Source: Setoptus koraiensis
Lineage: Eukaryota; Animalia; Arthropoda
Reading direction: 5' to 3'
Assembly: GCA_048013815.1 (NCBI GenBank)
Contig: CM106586.1
Coordinates: forward strand, 248,001 to 312,000
DNA length: 64,000 bases
Of this stretch, positions 36,303 through 48,829 are shown piece by piece (the first letter of the stretch is position 1; each line of letters begins with the position of its first letter). Under the pieces are notes generated by a model. That model saw nothing but the letters and a program-made list of their open reading frames with translations, did not search any database and was not told the DNA's origin. Position numbers and translations under genes: made by a program.

Positions 36303-38267
36303 AACAAGCAAGTTTTCCTATAACGGTGGACCTGTTTAATAGTCCAACCCTTCAGGAGGTCAGGGTCCACTATTCGCACAGGAAACCTTTCGGCCTCCTC
36401 CTGACAAATTCGATGCTTTTGCCCCCATGCTTTGTAGCAACGAGGACAGCTACTAATATAAAACCCATGTGCATGAGACATCTGATAGAAGAAAATGAAG
36501 ATTCATTAGAGCAATGAAAACGACCCTTGAGTATATGTAAAGAATGATGCCTAACCGGAAGTGATAGACCAGCCCTGTCCGATCGCACAGTCTAAATGTA
36601 GCCTAATGCCCATCGTACTACCACGCTGAACGGCTAGGGGTTTCCACACACCCTAGCCTTGTTGAGGGTAACACACTGGGCGGACCGTGGCGCAATACTA
36701 CCCTATCTAAACCATGGCCAGAGCACACAATATGAACAATGCACAACCCTAAGCTCACGATAGGCACAGGCGGCACAGGTGACGGCACATGTGCACTCAA
36801 ATCCGGCACGTGTGCGTGATCATGGCACATGAGCGGAACGAGCAGGCACAGTGGCACAGGCGGCACAGGGATACAGCGAGCAAGGCGCACAGAGTTATAG
36901 AGCGCACGGCACACAGAATAGAGAGGTGCGGAGGCCACACGACCGCGAAAGTCGTTCAAAGGACTTTTACGAGTCTCCCAAAAGAGCCAGAATGCTGGTC
37001 CCAAGGGAGACGTACCGTGGCAAACGAATGTTGCCAACGTAAAAATAATTAATCAATTAATTAGTAAAAGTCACAACAGATTTCAAGTTAACGTAACGAA
37101 TGGCACCTGTGTTAGGACGATTCGTTACAATGTCGAGTAGCTACAATCACCATGTGAGGGCATTCGGGTGTCATTCAAATCCACCCTATGGAATCCTCAT
37201 ACTGCTGAATATGTTACCTTACTCCTCTTCAAGGGGAGAGATTAAGCAGGCGATGACAAGAACTTTGAAGAACAAGCGGCAACTTGCCATCAGGCCAATT
37301 AGTAGCGACCGTTTACAACCAGGGGTAATTATAAATATCCATTATATTTCACGAGCCGCAAGGAAATCGTTGTGCATCGTCACACATTAACTAGCACCAG
37401 GATAGAACGATTAAATTGATAATGTAGTGATTGCAAATATCTATTATCGTTATTAGTGTCGTCGTCGTAAAGCATTATCGAATACACATAATTACCGTAT
37501 TGTTACACGGAAATTCCACAGTAACTTGTCGAACGTATCTCAGGTAACGCCTGGTGACAACACAATAACAGCAGATCAACGAACACAAAATTGGCAAGAA
37601 TAATATTGCCTGCAAATTGTCACATTGAATCGGTTCATTATTATTATCACTGACTAACTAACAGATAACTCTTACAATAATTAGCATTATCATGGCAACA
37701 CTGCAACTGCATTATGAACACTAGAGTTTGCGTTAATATTATGATAATTATTGCCAGCAGTAGCAGTTGTAGTGGTAGCAACAACAACACATCTCGGTCT
37801 ATGAGATGATATCAACAACAGTAACAACCTAACGATAATATCAACGGTGTCATCGTAATTAAGTTACTACATTATTATTGTTGTATCATCATGGCAAACA
37901 TCATTGTCGTCGTAATATTATTATTAGTATTATTGTTATTACTATTGCTATTATTATTTGTGTGATAATGTATCACAGCCAACTGAAGGAAGCCTCTTTC
38001 CCTCCCGATAATTGTGTTGTAACTAATAGCTCGTCGGTGTGTTTATTTCAATTTATGGTTACGAAACTGGTTCGCATTTCACAACAAAAACAACGACAAC
38101 GACAACAAAACTATTACTCAAATTAACCTTCGTCTTTCGAACGATACTCACTCACTCACTCTCAAGATCATAATCATAGGCCAATAATCGCTGCTTACAC
38201 TAATAATAATAATAACAATATTGATGATGGCTACGCCAACCATGATGCTATTCACACTTGATGCGGC

Positions 38268-39126
38268 GGTTGTTCTTTCGATTAGGTCCCCACTCAGATC
38301 TTGATGAAACTTCCGGTGTGAGTTCCCCTTGACCCCAATAGAGCGGAAAAAGTAGTCCGGAAGTGCGGAAACTTCCGGTTCCGATTTTACAAAAAGTTAA
38401 AGCTAGAGCTCTGAAATTCACTGGACTGACGTTTCAGGCTACTCTCAACACGATGGAATAATTTTCAGATCTGTGCGACTTCCGGTTTTCAAGATATAGT
38501 CATATTTGCGGGGTTTGAAGACCGGAAGTGACCAAATTATCGCTTCGCTGCGCTCGGGGATGATGAACATGCGGTGGGTCTGAGAACTCGGCCTGCGGCC
38601 TCGTATTCTGGAGGCCGTCACATCTCCGTCGTCGCTCCCGCGACGACTGCGTGCGACGGGAACCCTTCGGGTAGGGTTGATGAGCGCTTCGGGTATCGGG
38701 CTGCGCCCTCTACCCTCCGCTCACATGACTGCAATCCATCCACAAACAAAGCGGGGGAATGAAAAATAAGGATGAGACAAGTAAGAACAATTGAATTACA
38801 AGCTGATACATGGTGATGCGCAGTCTGTGCACAGTATGGGCCCGCTCACCGCAACCGCACAGGCCCGGCCGCACCTCTAATTTCAGTTTAACCGTGATAT
38901 CTAGCCAACCGGGAGTGATATTAGATTTATTTTGATTTCATCGTGCTCCGCTAGGGGTCACCTATCTGATTATGAATTTTCAGAGCTCTAGCTTCAACTT
39001 TTTGTAAAATCGGAACCGGAAGTTTCCGCACTTCCGGACAACATAATCCATGATGTGGGGCTCCTGCGGGGCCTGTGTGTGAAGTTTCATCGAATTCTGA
39101 GTGGGGACCTAATCGAAAGAACACCC
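38268..39126 (+). mobile_element. Merlin-type MITE, family 1, complete
   Basis: 8-bp TSD GATGCGGC (38260-38267, 39127-39134); GGTTGTT...AACACCC ends. Confidence 0.92.
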
Positions 39127-42100
39127 GATGCGGCTACACAAATTGGACAGGTTGGCACTTGACTGATTGTTTCATAATAGCAAAAATAATAATCGAAATA
39201 CAAACGTCGGAAAATACTATCATCATTATTAACCAATCATACGCGTATTGATATCATCCAATCACGCTTCTGACATCACCAAGTCGAGATAGCGGACCTG
39301 GTGAACAGCAGATCATTTAAGCACCACACGTTTAGTGAATAATATAGATATATCATATCCAACACTTCTCTCGCACTACATACACACTCTTATCACCCGC
39401 TATCACACCCATTGTACACTCACCTTCGATCTGATTGATTGATTATACTCCGCTGGTTCTAAAGTTTTTGCTAGATTTGTATTGACGAATATACACGATT
39501 TCAGTTGGTTAAAAAATTTTAATGGGGGGAAAATGGACTAATTCCTGGGTTCCTTGGATCTTCCTATCTGTTTCAGCTGGTTATCGAGTTGCTAAACTGG
39601 ATTACTAAAACTTAAACATTTATCAACTGGCTTGGTCAAACAAAAATTCACGACTAAAATAAAATTTGAGTGAACCATCGACAGCGGATAGATCGAGGAC
39701 GATCGGGATGTTCCCCCGGAGGAGGGGGATGTTACGATATGTGTCGAAATATAGTCCTAACCATCTATGGTGAAAGTCCATAGATGGGTAGGTAATAAAA
39801 TTAGTAGACCTAGCTACGAGGTCGAATGTAGGGCGAAAGTGTAATAAAAATTAGAGTGCTAAAGAGAGAGAGAGGGAGAGTTAGAGAAGGAGAAAGAGAG
39901 TGAAGGAGAGAGAGAGAAAGCAATAGAACTGAGTCGAAAAAGAAAAATAGTTAGTTGAAAAAGAGTCGTCGATGCGAGTAGATGAAAAACATAACAAATA
40001 AATAAATCAACAAAAAGATAACAAGTCTCATAGTTTAAATAGCCAACATTTAATACAAGTAAGATCAGAAATCAATTGGTCGTTTTCGAGACAGAGAGAA
40101 ATCGAGGATGACGGATGTCATGTATAGTCATCGATTTCTGAACATGTTCCCACCCATCCGTTTCGATGATACTGCGTGTGTGTGTTGTACATGTTGCTTG
40201 CAACATTTTTTGCTAGTATGACCAGCCATCAATAGGCCGATTTCGAGACAGAAAGAAATTTCGGATGACGGATGTCATGTATAGTCATCGATTTCTGAAT
40301 ATGTTCCCACCTATCCGTTTTGATGATACTCTGTGTGTGTTTTGTGCATGTTGCTCGCAACATTCTGTGCTAGTATGATCAGTCATCAATAGGTCGTTTT
40401 CGAGACAAAAAGAAATTTCGGATGACGGATGTCATGTATCGTCATCGATTTCTGAACATGTAACTCATAATCAATTTTCTGTCTCTAGTATTGGCGCTAT
40501 AGGCCATTCCTGATCAGGTGAGCTCACAATATGTATATGATATCTGATCAGGTATGCCCATACATCACGTGGCATTTTTGAAACTGTTCTCATCCGGATA
40601 AATTCCCGAAGCTTTCTAGAGACAGCTAGCACTGTCTAATACACGATCTGTGCAAGTCTAATTAATTTTCTGTTTCTAGTATTGGCGCTATAGGCCATTA
40701 TTGAGAACATGTGCCTATACAGTATGTGTGATTTTCGATAATGTTCTCACCAGGATAAATTCTCGAAACTTTCTAGAGACAGCTAGCACTTATCACTCCT
40801 TAATATACTGTCCAAACCTCTGAGATCGTTCACTGGAAAAATTAAGCGCTCTTATACTGGTATGATCAGTATAACTTGTTATGTAAAACCGGAACCGGAA
40901 GTTTCCGCACTTCCGGATCACCAAGGTTGTCATTTGCAGACCCTATGGGCCCCGTGTGTGAAGTTTCATTGAAATCAGACTGGGGCACTAATCGCTACAA
41001 CACCCGATTTATCTAGGGTCGAGCCATGCATAGAGAACATACACAGTGTCGTAAACTTGGTCCAATACGGAATCAACGCGACGCTGATGTATTCAATTGC
41101 AAAACAAACAGAATACTCCTAAGCATAGAGAGAGTAATCGTCGAATTCGATAACTTCAAAGTATATGATATCAAGGAGCGTATAGGTGATTACCAGTCGA
41201 AAGAATGGCATGATAAGATATGCATCGTTCTCATTATCGTCAGGGAAATAGCCATGGCCACGCGACGTCAGGCCTGGAGGGATCAACTCGGAATTTTTCT
41301 TCATAATGTGGAAGTAACCGGCATACTCGAACTGTTCCACAAATTCCGACTATGTTGGGAGATAGGCTACAGACACCTAATAACCACGCCCTATATTTAT
41401 AATAAAGTTTTCAACTTATTTATTATCATTTATTCACCTTATTTATCTTCATTTATTTACCTTATTTTCAGATGTACACCCTTGATGCTGAGTTTTTAGC
41501 GCTTAATTTTAATTAAGTTGCTATTGGTTTGGTGTTTATTGCTAATTTATTCACGTGACAATGTAATCCTATGGAGGTTCGACTTAGTCAAATTTGTGAG
41601 AATCCTCAAATTCTGCCTAACATAAAACTGTATTCCTATAGAGATTCGACTCAATCTATTATCGCTTCACTCGAAAATATTTCGTATGCGATCCTATGGA
41701 GATTTGTCTTAGTCGAATTTGTGAGGAGTTCGGTGGTGACAATTGTAACTTCGTAATTCGAAATTGAAAATTCGAATTTCTGATGATAATTACAGCTGCT
41801 CAGTCAGAGTTCGATGGTCAGAGTTCTCAGTTCGATGGTCACAATTCGAACTTCGAAATTCGAATTTCTGATGATAATTTCAGCTGCTCTGTCGGAGTTC
41901 GATGGTCGATGTTCGATGGTCACAATTCGAACTTCGAAATTCGAAATTGAAAATTCGAATTTCTGATGATGATTTCAGCTGCTCTGTCGGAGTTCGATGG
42001 TTAGTGTTCTCAGTTCGATGGTCGAAGTTCGGTGGTCAGAGTTTGATGGTCGATGTTCGATGGTCACAATACGAAGTTTGAAATTGAAAATTCAAATTTC

Positions 42101-42602
42101 TGATGTAAGTTTCATCTGCTCGTTCGATGTTCGGTGGTCAGTGTTCGATGGTGAGAGTTCGATGGTCACAGTTCGAACTTCGAAATTCGAAATTGAAAAT
42201 TCGAATTTCCGATACGAGTTCCAGGTGCTTGTACAGAGTTCGATGGTTCCAATTCGAAGTTCGGTGGTCACATTTCGAAATTCGAAATTGAATGTTCGAA
42301 TTTCTGTTGACAATTTCATCTAGGTTAAAGTCCCGGAGAGCGCCACACTTTTTTCGGGCTAAGTCTTATATCTACTATTCCTTGCTGTATTGGACGCGAC
42401 TTCATCAAGAAACCAGAAATTACCCCGAAGAAATACCCGCAAATCCCCAAGCGGCTGTCGGGTAACGAGAAACGCCCATAGAGCGGTACCTCGGTTATCT
42501 CGGGAACCAGGAATTTCCGCACTTCCGGAATACCTATCGCGGTATCAGGGTACAATAGATTACCCGAAAATACCCAAGATACCCCGAGAAAAGTGTGGCG
42601 CT

Positions 42603-43470
42603 GGTTGTTGTAGCGATTAGGTCCCAGCGCCGATCATGATGATACTTGCGGTACAGGTTCATCTTGACCCAAAACCATTGGAAAAAGTGTTCCGGAAGTG
42701 CGGAAACTTCCGGTTCCGGTTTTACCTAAAGTTGCTTCTAGAGAGTTGAAACTCACCAGACTGACGTTCTAGATGACGATTAACAGGATGACATAACTTT
42801 CAGCTCTTCACCACTACCAGTTCTCTGGTTATAGCGATATCTCTAGAGTTGAGAGACCAGAATTTGCCGAATTCTGGCTCCGCTACACTCAGGGATGAGC
42901 CTGCAATTGTTCTTAGAACTCGGCCTGCGGCCTCGTATTCTGGAGGCCGTCACATCTCCGTCGTCGCTCCCGCGACGACTGCGTGCGACGGGAACCCTTC
43001 GGGTAGGGTTGATGAGCGCTTCGGGTATCGGGCTGCGCCCTCTACCCTCCGCTCACATGACTGCAATCCAAACACAGCTGCAGGCGGGAAGAGTGTGCGA
43101 ACCAGCCAAAAGAGAATGAGAAAGAAGGGATTAAATGACTGAAACAGACGTGAATACAGAGGGCAGCGAGTACGAGGCACAGGATAGGTCCGCTTACCGC
43201 AACCGCACAGGCCCGGCCTCACCCTAAAATTTGGTTTAACCTCTATATCCTATGAACCGGAAATTAAATCGGATTGATTTTGATCCCTTCATGCTCCGCT
43301 AGGTGTCCACCATCTGATTCTGAAGTTTCGAAGCTCTATCTCAAAATTTTTGCATCTCCGGAACCGGAAGTTTCCGCACTTCCGGACTAGCGGATCTGTT
43401 GTTTGAGGGCCCTGCTGGCCCCATGTGTGAAGTTTGGTGGAAATCTGAGTGTGGCACTATTCGCTAGAAC
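42603..43470 (+). mobile_element. Merlin-type MITE, family 1, right end runs into the gap
   Basis: Left TIR, core at ~42915-43070, right TIR ...CTATTCGCTAGAAC. Confidence 0.85.
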
Positions 43471-43970
43471 NNNNNNNNNNNNNNNNNNNNNNNNNNNNNN
43501 NNNNNNNNNNNNNNNNNNNNNNNNNNNNNNNNNNNNNNNNNNNNNNNNNNNNNNNNNNNNNNNNNNNNNNNNNNNNNNNNNNNNNNNNNNNNNNNNNNNN
43601 NNNNNNNNNNNNNNNNNNNNNNNNNNNNNNNNNNNNNNNNNNNNNNNNNNNNNNNNNNNNNNNNNNNNNNNNNNNNNNNNNNNNNNNNNNNNNNNNNNNN
43701 NNNNNNNNNNNNNNNNNNNNNNNNNNNNNNNNNNNNNNNNNNNNNNNNNNNNNNNNNNNNNNNNNNNNNNNNNNNNNNNNNNNNNNNNNNNNNNNNNNNN
43801 NNNNNNNNNNNNNNNNNNNNNNNNNNNNNNNNNNNNNNNNNNNNNNNNNNNNNNNNNNNNNNNNNNNNNNNNNNNNNNNNNNNNNNNNNNNNNNNNNNNN
43901 NNNNNNNNNNNNNNNNNNNNNNNNNNNNNNNNNNNNNNNNNNNNNNNNNNNNNNNNNNNNNNNNNNNNNN
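43471..43970. other. Assembly gap (500 N)
   Basis: Run of N. Confidence 1.
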
Positions 43971-43977
43971 AGGAGCG

Positions 43978-45679
43978 TTGTCTGACCTCACGAAAAAGAA
44001 CGCACAATTCACCTGGGGTGAACGTGAAAAAGAAAGCTTTAATAGTATTAAACAAGGGCTATTAGAAAGCAAGGCCATAGCATATTTTAGGCAAGGTTGC
44101 CCATTAATCCTAAAGACAGACGCATCGCGCAAAGGATTTGCGGCGATACTGCTACAACTGCAGGACGGCGATTGGCGCATAGTAGCGACAGCCAGCAGAC
44201 GGATTTCAACAGGCGAATCAAATGTGAGTGTGACCGAACTAGAAGGAGCGGCGTTAATATACGCATGAATTAAATTCAGACAATTTGTCTACGGATAGAG
44301 AGTGAAAGTAATAGTTGACCATTGTGCTCTCTGCACACTGGGGAAAACCAAACCACTAGAAGGAAGATTAGCTCGCTGGGCTTTAGCCCTATCAGAATTT
44401 TATTTGGATATAGTTTATAGATCTGGAAGACAGCACGCGGACGTTGACTGTTTGTCACGTCAACCTGTGGCTGACCACGACGACAAACTAGACGAGACGA
44501 GATTTATTTTTGCACTAATCCCGTTGGAAGATTACAGATCCAAGTACGATACAGACGAAGAATGCAAAACAGCATTGCAAAAGATTAAACGAGAAGAAAA
44601 CACATTTAAACTAACTAACGGATACATTTATAAAGACAATCGCTTATTAGTACCAACAGAATACAGGAACACATTAATAGACGACATTCATGCACAAGGC
44701 CACGCCGGAGTAAACCAAACAGTAGACCTGGTTCAACGCAAATATTACTGGGCCAGTCTTAAAGACGACATACAAAAGAGAGTAGCAGCCTGCATGACTT
44801 GTCAGAGACATAAAATACCAAGAGAACGTCCAAGCGGATTAATGCATTCATTTGAAAGTCACATGCCATTTGAAGTGATAAGTATGGATCACCTAGGACC
44901 AATGGATGCGACAAGCAAAGGCAATAAGCATGTTCTAGTTGCAATTGACACATTCAGCAAATTTATTATTGCAGCCCCAACTAAATCCACGTGCGCAGAA
45001 GAGGTAGTTAAATTTATCATCAACAATATCATAGCGATACACGGCGTGCCAAATACTTTATTTTCCGATAACGCAAGCGGATTCACCGCAAACCTGACCA
45101 AACAGGTAGTAGAAGCTTTCGGTATAGAGCTTAACCATTCCACTCCATACCACCATAGAGGTAACTCAATTGTGGAACGATCAATACAAACCCTAAAAGA
45201 TAAGATTGCCATTTCCATGGCAGACGCCGACAACACTGAATGGGATGATCATATTGGAATGGTATGTTTAGCCATCAATGCCACGAAACATTCATCGACA
45301 AAATTTAGTCCTTATGAAGTACTATTTGGTAGAAAATTGCGACTACCGAGAGAGGCTAAGGAGGTGTCAGCAGAAACAGAAGTTTATACAGAGTCCCTAC
45401 AAGCAAAATTAGAGCTTATTAGAAGGAACGTAGCAGAAAGCATCCATTCGAGCAACGAGCTATCAAAACAATATTACGACGCGAAGAGGAAGGAAAAGAA
45501 ATTCAGCATTGGTGACGAAGTAATGGTTCACTTCGAGCCAAAGAACGACGCAAAACCGAATAAGCTATCAAGCAACTATCGCGGACCATACGAGGTCATT
45601 GACACGAAGCCTCATGACATCTATAAATTAGAACTGATCGATTCCAAAAAGAAGAAGAAGATAATACTTGCTCACGTTT
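43978..45679 (+). pseudogene. pol: Ty3/gypsy pol: RNase H and integrase (continues at 46725 after the MITE)
   Basis: TDAS and ELEG in RNase H; H..GHAG...C..C zinc finger; ISMDHLGP, SDNA and VERS integrase core; GPY motif; two in-frame stops near 44266-44298. Confidence 0.93.
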
Positions 45680-46717
45680 GGTTGTTGTAGCGAATAGCGA
45701 CCCGCCCCGATTTTGGTGAAACTTCCGGTACGGGTACTTCTTGACCCCAATAGACCGGAAAAGTTGGTCCGGAAGTGCGGAAACTTCCGGTTCCGGTTTT
45801 ACATAAAGTTAAAGATAGAGCTCCGAAATTCACCAGAGAGACGTTTCAAGCTACGCTGAACACGATAAAATAATATTCAGCTCTCTGCAACTTCCGGTTG
45901 TCTAGAAATAGAGATATTACAAGGGTTTGAAGACCGGAAGTGACCGAATTATTGCTTCGCTGCGCTCGGGGATGAACATGCGATGGGTCTGAAAACTCGG
46001 CCTGCGGCCTCGTATTCTGGAGGCCGTCACATCTCCGTCGTCGCTCCCGCGACGACTGCGTGCGACGGGAACCCTTCGGGTAGGGTTGATGAGCGCTTCG
46101 GGTATCGGGCTACGCCCTCTACCCTCCGCTCAGGTGACTGCAATCCACACAGGAATGAAGGTGAAAGAACGAACTGGAGACATGTTTTTGGCACAGAAAA
46201 AAGGCTGTGCCAGCTTGTGTGATAAATTGCATGAGCCTCTAAGCGCACGAATTCATTCAGGCGCGTGTTATACAACATGGCATATCCCATACAAACTCCT
46301 CCCTGTGCGCTCGACGCTACGCCGTCGCCTATTTAAGGCGAGCGCACAGGGAGTAATGGATTCATTCCTGTATCCAGCTACAAATAGAGCATATCTTATA
46401 TATAAAATAACACTACCCGCAATTGCTTATTTCATAACACGCGCGGATAGTTCGTCCCGTCGACGCCCTCTCAGCAGTTTTAACCAAATATCTCGTGAAC
46501 CGGAAGTCGTACAGACTTGAAATAGACATGATCGCATTCCGCATGCACAGTTTCAGTTATCTAGTGAGTTTCAAATCTGTATCTCAATGTTTTTGTAAAA
46601 CCGGAACCGGAAGTTTCCGCACTTCCGGACCACTCAAACTGTTGTCAGGGAGCCCCACGGGCTCCATGTGTAAAGTTTCATCGAAATCTGACTGGGTCGC
46701 TATTCGCTACAACACCC
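45680..46717 (+). mobile_element. Merlin-type MITE inserted in the integrase C-terminus
   Basis: CACGTTT duplicated on both sides (7 matching bases; 8 with one mismatch); removal restores AHVSRLKPY. Confidence 0.92.
46266..46439. mobile_element. 174-bp solo LTR nested in the MITE
   Basis: TGTTAT...ATAACA termini; CGCG 4-bp TSD; absent from the sister MITE copy (empty site at ~33215). Confidence 0.85.
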
Positions 46718-46924
46718 CACGTTTCACGTCTTAAACCATACAAACGTAACGGAGACGAGTCACCCGAACTCGAACGCGTAGTGATTGACCTAGACGAAGA
46801 TATTGATACAGAGGTTAATCAACCTGAAGATACTGATGATCACCAGCATCCGGAGGCAACAAACACAAGAACAGAACAACCACGAACCAGTAGACGAAAA
46901 AAAAATTTTAGACCAACTAACTAC

Positions 46925-48631
46925 ATGAATCTAGTAGCCTCACTGTTGCTCATGACAGCAACCATGAGCAATGGGATTGCATTTGTACCAACTGAATCAG
47001 TCATATGGCAAGAGAGTGTCATAGATGCAGTCAACAAACTGACCCACTATTCCTTAGAGCTACTCGTCGTCAATCCGTGTGACCACTTATTCACAAATAT
47101 CACAGGAAACAAAGTAATTGACGATAATATGATCGACCATTGTAGAACCAAATTCAACGAACAAGTTAAGACACCATTGCAGAGCTTTTGTACAAAATCA
47201 ACGATACCAGAAGATTCACTAAGCAGAGATAAAAGACTGATAGGAGATCTGATAGCAATCGGTATATCATCTACATCGCTCGTCATGGTTAACGATATAA
47301 GAAAACACGATCTACCTTATGTAAAGGATTCGATAAACCAAGTAAGGGAAGTCATCGATAAACAAATGAAATCAGTAGACTTCCTAATCGAAGAATTGAA
47401 AACTGCCAGAGAAGAGCTCCTACAGGAACACCAAACGAACGCCGCAAATGAAGCCGAGCTGTCAGACAGTATTGAACAAGTAAAGACCGATTTGGAGGCA
47501 AGCAGCGAAGCATCATACGTGATGGCTAATGTATTACAGAAGATGAACAGCATGGAATACAACATGCAAGTAGCAAAAGACGCCTGGTTCGATGACAAAA
47601 TAGTGAGAAAAGAGTTATTCGCGTTGATGAACGCACAATCGCACTTCAGCAATGATATTAAGAGGCATGGAAGACCAAGAACATGCAAAGTGCTAGGAAC
47701 CAAATTGCTACTATCATTTACCGCATTCAGGAAGGACAGCACATCATCAGTACTCGAGGCGAATGCCTTTGATCATTTTAACGGTGCAAAAGACAATTTA
47801 TGCACAATGCGATACACCGCACCGACACTTGTTTTAGTGAACGCGTCTACCGACTGTTACAAAGAACTCACCCGTTCTGACATGCAGGTAGGAAACACAA
47901 TTATGACTACATGCATCAAAGAAGAGCCTATTAAACCCCCGGCATGGATCAAAGGGGAATGCATGAACAGAAGCAGCCGTATCGACTTTTACAAAGTGAT
48001 AACAAAAGACGGCTTTAACCATATCTATTGTTACCCATACACCATCAAAACTGATGAAGGAGAAGACAATTGCCCGGCATACCCATTTAAATTGCCAGAT
48101 GATGTGTCTTTCACGACCAACACACACGCTTATATCAGCGAGAGAAAGGAGATAAAGGACGTATGGGACATTAAAATATCAACGGCGAAAATAAATCACA
48201 GACTGAAAACCCAATTCGCACCTTTCATTATAGAACCAATTAACAATGCGAAATTCAAGGACACCTTTCAGATGTTACAAAAACCAGTTGAGTGGATTAA
48301 GGAAGGGCGTTGGAACAACACACTACAGAGCTTCAATCTAGAATTTATTCCCAGTCTTGATTGGATAACAGGCCCTACGAAGTACGTAATTTACGGCGTA
48401 ACGGTAATAGGAATCCTATTCATCATCTCCTTTACTATGCCGATGATTAGACTTTGCACATGGATACTAAGAAGAGCGTACGCACCAATTCTGGCGATAA
48501 TATCGATAGCAAGGATGACTATACGACGTTGTTTTGTTCGACACCAATTACCCATGTATACATCGAACAAACAATCCTTTTATAAGAATCTAACTAGAAC
48601 CTCGCAAACGAAAACGTATCGTTTGTTATAA
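46925..48631 (+). CDS. env: Env-like type I membrane fusion glycoprotein of the gypsy element
   Basis: Signal-like MNLVASLLLMTATMSNG; RDKR at 47225-47236 followed by a hydrophobic peptide; heptad region; Cys-rich ectodomain with N-x-S/T sites; TM YVIYGVTVIGILFIISF; tail ends YRLL. Confidence 0.85.
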   Translation: MNLVASLLLMTATMSNGIAFVPTESVIWQESVIDAVNKLTHYSLELLVVNPCDHLFTNITGNKVIDDNMIDHCRTKFNEQVKTPLQSFCTKSTIPEDSLSRDKRLIGDLIAIGISSTSLVMVNDIRKHDLPYVKDSINQVREVIDKQMKSVDFLIEELKTAREELLQEHQTNAANEAELSDSIEQVKTDLEASSEASYVMANVLQKMNSMEYNMQVAKDAWFDDKIVRKELFALMNAQSHFSNDIKRHGRPRTCKVLGTKLLLSFTAFRKDSTSSVLEANAFDHFNGAKDNLCTMRYTAPTLVLVNASTDCYKELTRSDMQVGNTIMTTCIKEEPIKPPAWIKGECMNRSSRIDFYKVITKDGFNHIYCYPYTIKTDEGEDNCPAYPFKLPDDVSFTTNTHAYISERKEIKDVWDIKISTAKINHRLKTQFAPFIIEPINNAKFKDTFQMLQKPVEWIKEGRWNNTLQSFNLEFIPSLDWITGPTKYVIYGVTVIGILFIISFTMPMIRLCTWILRRAYAPILAIISIARMTIRRCFVRHQLPMYTSNKQSFYKNLTRTSQTKTYRLL

Positions 48632-48640
48632 GGAGGGGGA

Positions 48641-48797
48641 TGTTAGAGATTAGTTGAACATTCTATGTTCATACTTGGCGCAAACTATACTGTGCACACT
48701 TTCTGTGCACATGCACAAACATGTAAACGTGCTCACGCTGTGTATAAATAGCGTGGCACAAGATTCAAATAAACACTTTTACTATTAACTTCTAACA
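48641..48797 (+). repeat. 3' LTR (157 bp) of the env-bearing gypsy element, preceded by its PPT
   Basis: AAGGAGGGGGA then TGTTAGA...TCTAACA; internal TATAAATA and AATAAA. Confidence 0.88.
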
Positions 48798-48829
48798 GCA
48801 GATGTTCTGTTCGTTTCAAGTTCGCGCGC

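Larger units (their letters stand above)
34603..40055 (+). mobile_element. Non-autonomous gypsy-type LTR element without pol
   Basis: 326-bp near-identical LTRs (34603-34928, 39730-40055); CAAG TSD; TGGGGG tRNA-Pro-like PBS after the 5' LTR; GGAGGAGGGGGA PPT before the 3' LTR; no RT/IN motifs seen inside. Confidence 0.9.

Noticed and set aside
35666-36481. 271-aa antisense ORF
   Set aside because: Mostly the shadow of the acidic + strand ORF (Ser-rich); no motif support.
41026-41499. 157-aa ORF between repeats
   Set aside because: No recognisable domain; runs into AT-rich low-complexity sequence.
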